In this document: piece after piece, positions 61,143 through 64,000 of the stretch
Numbering within the stretch: the stretch's first letter is position 1
How the letters are laid out: the number at the start of each line of letters is the position of its first letter
Assembly: GCA_041501225.1 (NCBI GenBank)
Contig: JBGQNR010000005.1
Location: forward strand, 3,661-67,660
Source: Acidobacteriota bacterium
GTDB lineage: Bacteria; Acidobacteriota; UBA6911
Length of the DNA stretch: 64,000 nt
Direction: 5' to 3'
Program-made: the position numbers and the translations under genes
The notes under the pieces: generated by a model
Database searches by the model: none
What the model was told of the DNA's origin: nothing
What the model saw: the letters and a program-made list of their open reading frames with translations, nothing else

Positions 61143-61393
61143 CCGAGGACCCTGCGATTCAGACAGTGGGCATGGAAAGTAGAAATCGATTATCTTTTCA
61201 CCGCGAAGACCACAAAGACCGCAAAGCTGACTCCCAGGCCCGCCCGGGGGCTGCCTTCGGCCGCCGCTCACGGCCGAGAATGGCGCAACGCGAAGCGTTG
61301 GCCCCCGGGTGTGAAGAATCGAATTCGCCTCTTTGCGGTCTTTGAGGTCTTCCCGGTTCGGTGTTTTCCTCTGTCTGAATTACAGCCGAGGAC
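61143..61393 (-). mobile_element. MITE family B, copy 2 (inverted relative to copy 1), with its own 8-bp target-site duplication
   Basis: CCGAGGAC (61143..61150) . ctgcgattcagacagtgg (61152..61169) ... cctctgtctgaattacag (61368..61385) | CCGAGGAC (61386..61393). The body aligns with the reverse complement of 31954..32260 but lacks an ~80-bp internal duplication present there. Confidence 0.8.
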
Positions 61394-61394
61394 G

Positions 61395-62828
61395 CTACAG
61401 GTTCAGCAGCGCCTCGCGATATTTCGGCACCAGGATATCCTTGTCGTGATATCGCGCAAGATAAGCCCTGCAGCAGTCGCTGGCATGGAGGTACCGGCTC
61501 CGGTCCGACATGAGCAGCGAAACTTCGCGCTCCAGCCGGTCAAAATCACCGTCGCAAACCGCGCCACATCCATGCCGGGCAAGCATGCCGTCGGGATCGA
61601 CCATCAGGCTGACCACGGGCACGCCGTATTTCATTGCCTGCAGGAAGGTGTTGGGAAAGCCTTCGAACGCCGACGTGTTCACAAAAAGAGCCGCCTCCGC
61701 AAAATACTTCTCGACCCGGTCAAAGGGGACATACGTCAGAACCTTCAAGCGTGAGAGATCCCTGCTCTTCTCGAGAATGCGCCTATGAACGCTGTCGACT
61801 GCAAGGTTCATGATCATCAGATACTCGTATTCGGGCTTCCTGTGCGCGAGATCGACGAACAGCTCCGGCTGCTTGATCAGATCATCGGATTTGCCCACCC
61901 ACAAGATCTTTCCGGTCGCGGAACTCCTCGGGAAACGCGGAGTAAGATCAACCGGATTGGGAATGATGATCGTATCCCGCCCGAAATAGGTCCTGGCTAA
62001 CTCCGCCTGCCTCCCGGTCTGGACAAAAATCAGATCCGCGTTCTTGACGGTGTATACCAGCAAAAAACCCAGCGAGCCGTACATATCCGTCGAATTCGTT
62101 TCCGCATCATGGGCGGCAATGAAATCGTGGTCGGATGCGCTCAGCATCACATACTTTCTGCCGCGCTTCCGGCAATAGTACGCAAGCGCCGCAGCCAGGT
62201 CGTGATTCCCATGGGTGAGGTAAATGTCAGCCCCGACCTCGTCGTAGATTCTCACATCCGCCAGCCGGATCGCGTGTGACTGAATGCTTCCAAAGAGACT
62301 CTCCTCGCGCAAGAAAGCTGCGGTTCGATGCCTGAAGGACGCAAGCGCGGCGGAAAGGGGCCGCAACCTCCGGACGAGGCTGACCACGAACCGGGGTGAA
62401 TGCGATTTGATCCGAAGCCTGGTCTGATGCCATCTTAAAGAGAGCCTGGGGCTGCCGGTCACCAGGGAAACGCCTGCCTGAGCCTGAGCTGCCACAGCAG
62501 CATCTGTCATGTCCGTCGCTGATTGAGGCTGCACAAGTGCGTTGACCGAGACATGGTCGGCACGGATCGGGCAATACTTTCCGGACCAGGAATGCAGAGT
62601 CACGCCGTCGCGCACTTCGAGCTTTGGCTGGCCGTGGTCGAAAACCACAAGGTGGACATCCAGGTCCGGGTACTTCGCCAATTCCCGGGCGATCAGGGAA
62701 ATGCGCACTTCCGATCCCCCGAAAGGGCTGATGCATGCCGGATTGAAAAGAGGGTAGCTGTATAGGCTGACCGCGCAGATCCTGAGCTTCCGTTCTTTGG
62801 ATGCCGCCGCGGGAGATTGTCCGCTCAT
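61395..62828 (-). CDS. glycosyltransferase family 4-like, paralog of 41226..42551
   Basis: SYPLFNPACISPFGGSEVRISLIARELAK...ILWVGKSDDLIKQP...NTSAFEGFPNTFLQAMKYGVPVVSL. It has a longer variable insert after the first Rossmann unit. Confidence 0.75.
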   Translation of the reverse strand: MSGQSPAAASKERKLRICAVSLYSYPLFNPACISPFGGSEVRISLIARELAKYPDLDVHLVVFDHGQPKLEVRDGVTLHSWSGKYCPIRADHVSVNALVQPQSATDMTDAAVAAQAQAGVSLVTGSPRLSLRWHQTRLRIKSHSPRFVVSLVRRLRPLSAALASFRHRTAAFLREESLFGSIQSHAIRLADVRIYDEVGADIYLTHGNHDLAAALAYYCRKRGRKYVMLSASDHDFIAAHDAETNSTDMYGSLGFLLVYTVKNADLIFVQTGRQAELARTYFGRDTIIIPNPVDLTPRFPRSSATGKILWVGKSDDLIKQPELFVDLAHRKPEYEYLMIMNLAVDSVHRRILEKSRDLSRLKVLTYVPFDRVEKYFAEAALFVNTSAFEGFPNTFLQAMKYGVPVVSLMVDPDGMLARHGCGAVCDGDFDRLEREVSLLMSDRSRYLHASDCCRAYLARYHDKDILVPKYREALLNL

Positions 62829-62834
62829 CTTGGA

Positions 62835-63257
62835 TTACTTTCCTTGTGAGTACATTTCAAGAAGCTTTCCTTCCCTGCATCCGTTCCCAGCGGGCCTCCC
62901 GGCGCGGCGGTGGAACAGATATTCCATGTTGGCCTCGCCGGTTTTCATCGCCATCATTTCCAACCCGGTCCTCACGGCCCACTCCTTCACATCCTTCCGC
63001 CTGGCAAACTCCATCGGCCATCCGCCAAGCCAGTCAACCACATCTGTATAAAACGACATTCCTCGAGTCATGCTACGGTGCCCAAACCTTCGCATAAAAT
63101 GTCTGGGGCCCCTGGCGAAACCAACCACGGCCGATCCCAGGATGTAGCCCAATTCAATGGCGCGCTTGCCCGCCCAGCCGGTGCGATTTTACCGACGCTT
63201 GACCTTGAGCCAGAATTCCGCGGAGGGGCGGACACGAATGAAAAATAATATCCTCAT
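62835..63257 (-). pseudogene. 3' remnant of a methyltransferase paralogous to 39946..41130, with in-frame TAA
   Basis: The frame reads MRILFFIRVRPSAEFWLKVKRR*NRTGWAGKRAIELGYILGS...RGMSFYTDVVDWLGGWPMEFARRKDV...GEANMEYLFHRR. Compare GIFFVAL...ASPEQWLSIKKKYNQASRWGKSLME...RGMEIWTDMRDWLGGWPMEFVKEYD...GEGNTEFILRP. The stop is at 63189..63191, and both the methyltransferase core and the module are absent. Confidence 0.6.
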
Positions 63258-63381
63258 GATACTCATGAACGTTGAATGTTACAGCGGCAACCCTTATCCG
63301 AAAAAACAAAAAGCACATTTTTATTAGCGTTGCCAGTCCATTCCGATATCATTGTATTCCGCCGCAAAGCAAAATCGTGAA

Positions 63382-64000
63382 ATGGACCAGCAAGAGCCTA
63401 TGGGGAGCCGACCACGGATACTTTATGTCATTAATGTCGACTGGTTCTTTCTGTCTCATCGTCTGCCGATCGCCAGAGCTGCCCGGGATGAAGGCGCGGA
63501 AGTGCTGATAGCCGCAGCAGATACAGGACGCGGGGATGAGATCCGTGCCGAAGGCTTCCGTTTTCTCCCGATCCCTCTGTCCCGCTCCGGGACGAACCTG
63601 ATTGCCGAGCTGCGCACGCTCTGGTGTCTTGTGAAGATCTATCGGGAGGTAAAGCCGGACCTGCTCCACCATTCAACGATCAAGCCGGTTATTTATGGGT
63701 CGCTGGCTGCGCGCATGCGGGGAATCCGGCCGGTGATCAACACCATCAGCGGATTCGGTTACTCTCTCTCCGAAGGACCGCACACCCACGTGTTGCGCCC
63801 CCTCAGCAGAACCCTGTATCGACTGGCCCTTCGATCTTCCCACACCCTCACCGTATTTCAAAACCCTGATGATAGACGAGACTTTGTCCGTCTGGGTTTG
63901 GTGCGTCAAGATCAGACCACCCTTGTGAGGGGATCGGGCGTGGATTGCGCGCGATTCCGTGCCACTCCGCAGGTGGAGGGGGATCCGAGTGTCATTTTTG
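63382..64000 (+). CDS. glycosyltransferase family 4 (GT-B), 5' part; continues beyond the window (not in the ORF track)
   Basis: Open frame from the ATG at 63382 (second ATG at 63400) to the window end. It reads MDQQEPMGSRPRILYVINVDWFFLSHRLPIARAARDEGAEVLIAAADTGRGDEIRAEGFRFLPIPLSRSGTNLIAELRTLWCLVKIYREVKPDLLHHSTIKPVIYGSLAARMRGIRPVINTISGFGY..., a typical N-terminal half of GT4 enzymes from polysaccharide loci. Confidence 0.75.
   Translation, partial: MDQQEPMGSRPRILYVINVDWFFLSHRLPIARAARDEGAEVLIAAADTGRGDEIRAEGFRFLPIPLSRSGTNLIAELRTLWCLVKIYREVKPDLLHHSTIKPVIYGSLAARMRGIRPVINTISGFGYSLSEGPHTHVLRPLSRTLYRLALRSSHTLTVFQNPDDRRDFVRLGLVRQDQTTLVRGSGVDCARFRATPQVEGDPSVIF

Noticed and set aside
60247-61271. N-terminal extensions of wzt (to 60489) and wzm (to 61271)
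   Set aside because: The wzt extension overlaps the wzm coding sequence, and the ATGA coupling at 60243..60246 is the natural junction. The wzm extension runs through MITE family B.
31944-61393. Composite transposon formed by the two MITE family B copies
   Set aside because: Each copy has its own matching 8-bp target duplication (GGAATGCG and CCGAGGAC), which indicates independent insertions. No transposase gene is present in the window.
1-64000. tRNA, rRNA or tmRNA genes
   Set aside because: No cloverleaf-compatible segment with a conserved GTTCRANYC T-loop context, and no rRNA-like conserved block, was noticed. A tRNAscan/Infernal run would be needed to be certain.

Overview
This 64-kb high-GC window looks like a Gram-negative-type genome. 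The taxon cannot be fixed from sequence alone; the intergenic repeat load is reminiscent of soil Acidobacteriota-like genomes, which is inference only. It has three parts. (1) 1-3.5 kb is a mosaic toxin-antitoxin island (DUF433/DUF5615, HigBA, RelE/ParE-type cassettes, DUF4926). Antitoxin genes are intact, but every toxin gene except one higB is truncated, chimeric or frameshifted. (2) 3.8-22.7 kb holds housekeeping and peptidase genes: a decayed tldD/pmbA pair, nth, DinB-like, isoaspartyl peptidase, M28 peptidase, thiD, LOG-family, dGTPase-like, arfB, a class-V aminotransferase, a TPR protein and an ECF sigma/anti-sigma operon. These genes are separated by MITE-like elements and an unusual family of hairpins built from short tandem words. 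(3) From about 23.2 kb to beyond the right edge lies a very large ABC-transporter-dependent (Wzm/Wzt) glycan biosynthesis locus. It encodes a WecA/WbpL-like initiating transferase, a WbpM/CapD-like dehydratase, two AsnB-like amidotransferases, at least seven glycosyltransferases and seven methyltransferases plus two methyltransferase remnants. It also encodes a sugar-nucleotide block with a TPP-dependent E1 alpha/beta pair, a GHMP kinase, a nucleotidyltransferase, three SDRs and an aldo/keto reductase, plus a 941-aa polytopic membrane protein. The most unusual signal is an ~82-aa module I cannot assign to a named family. It occurs seven times in six proteins of this locus: three methyltransferases, Wzt (inserted between the ATPase and the Wzt_C domain), a small tail-anchored protein, and twice in the polytopic membrane protein. 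No rRNA, tRNA or CRISPR array was recognised. Start codons were chosen by eye. Many long ORFs in the track are antisense shadows typical of high-GC DNA. One real partial CDS (63382..64000) is absent from the ORF track because it runs off the window.
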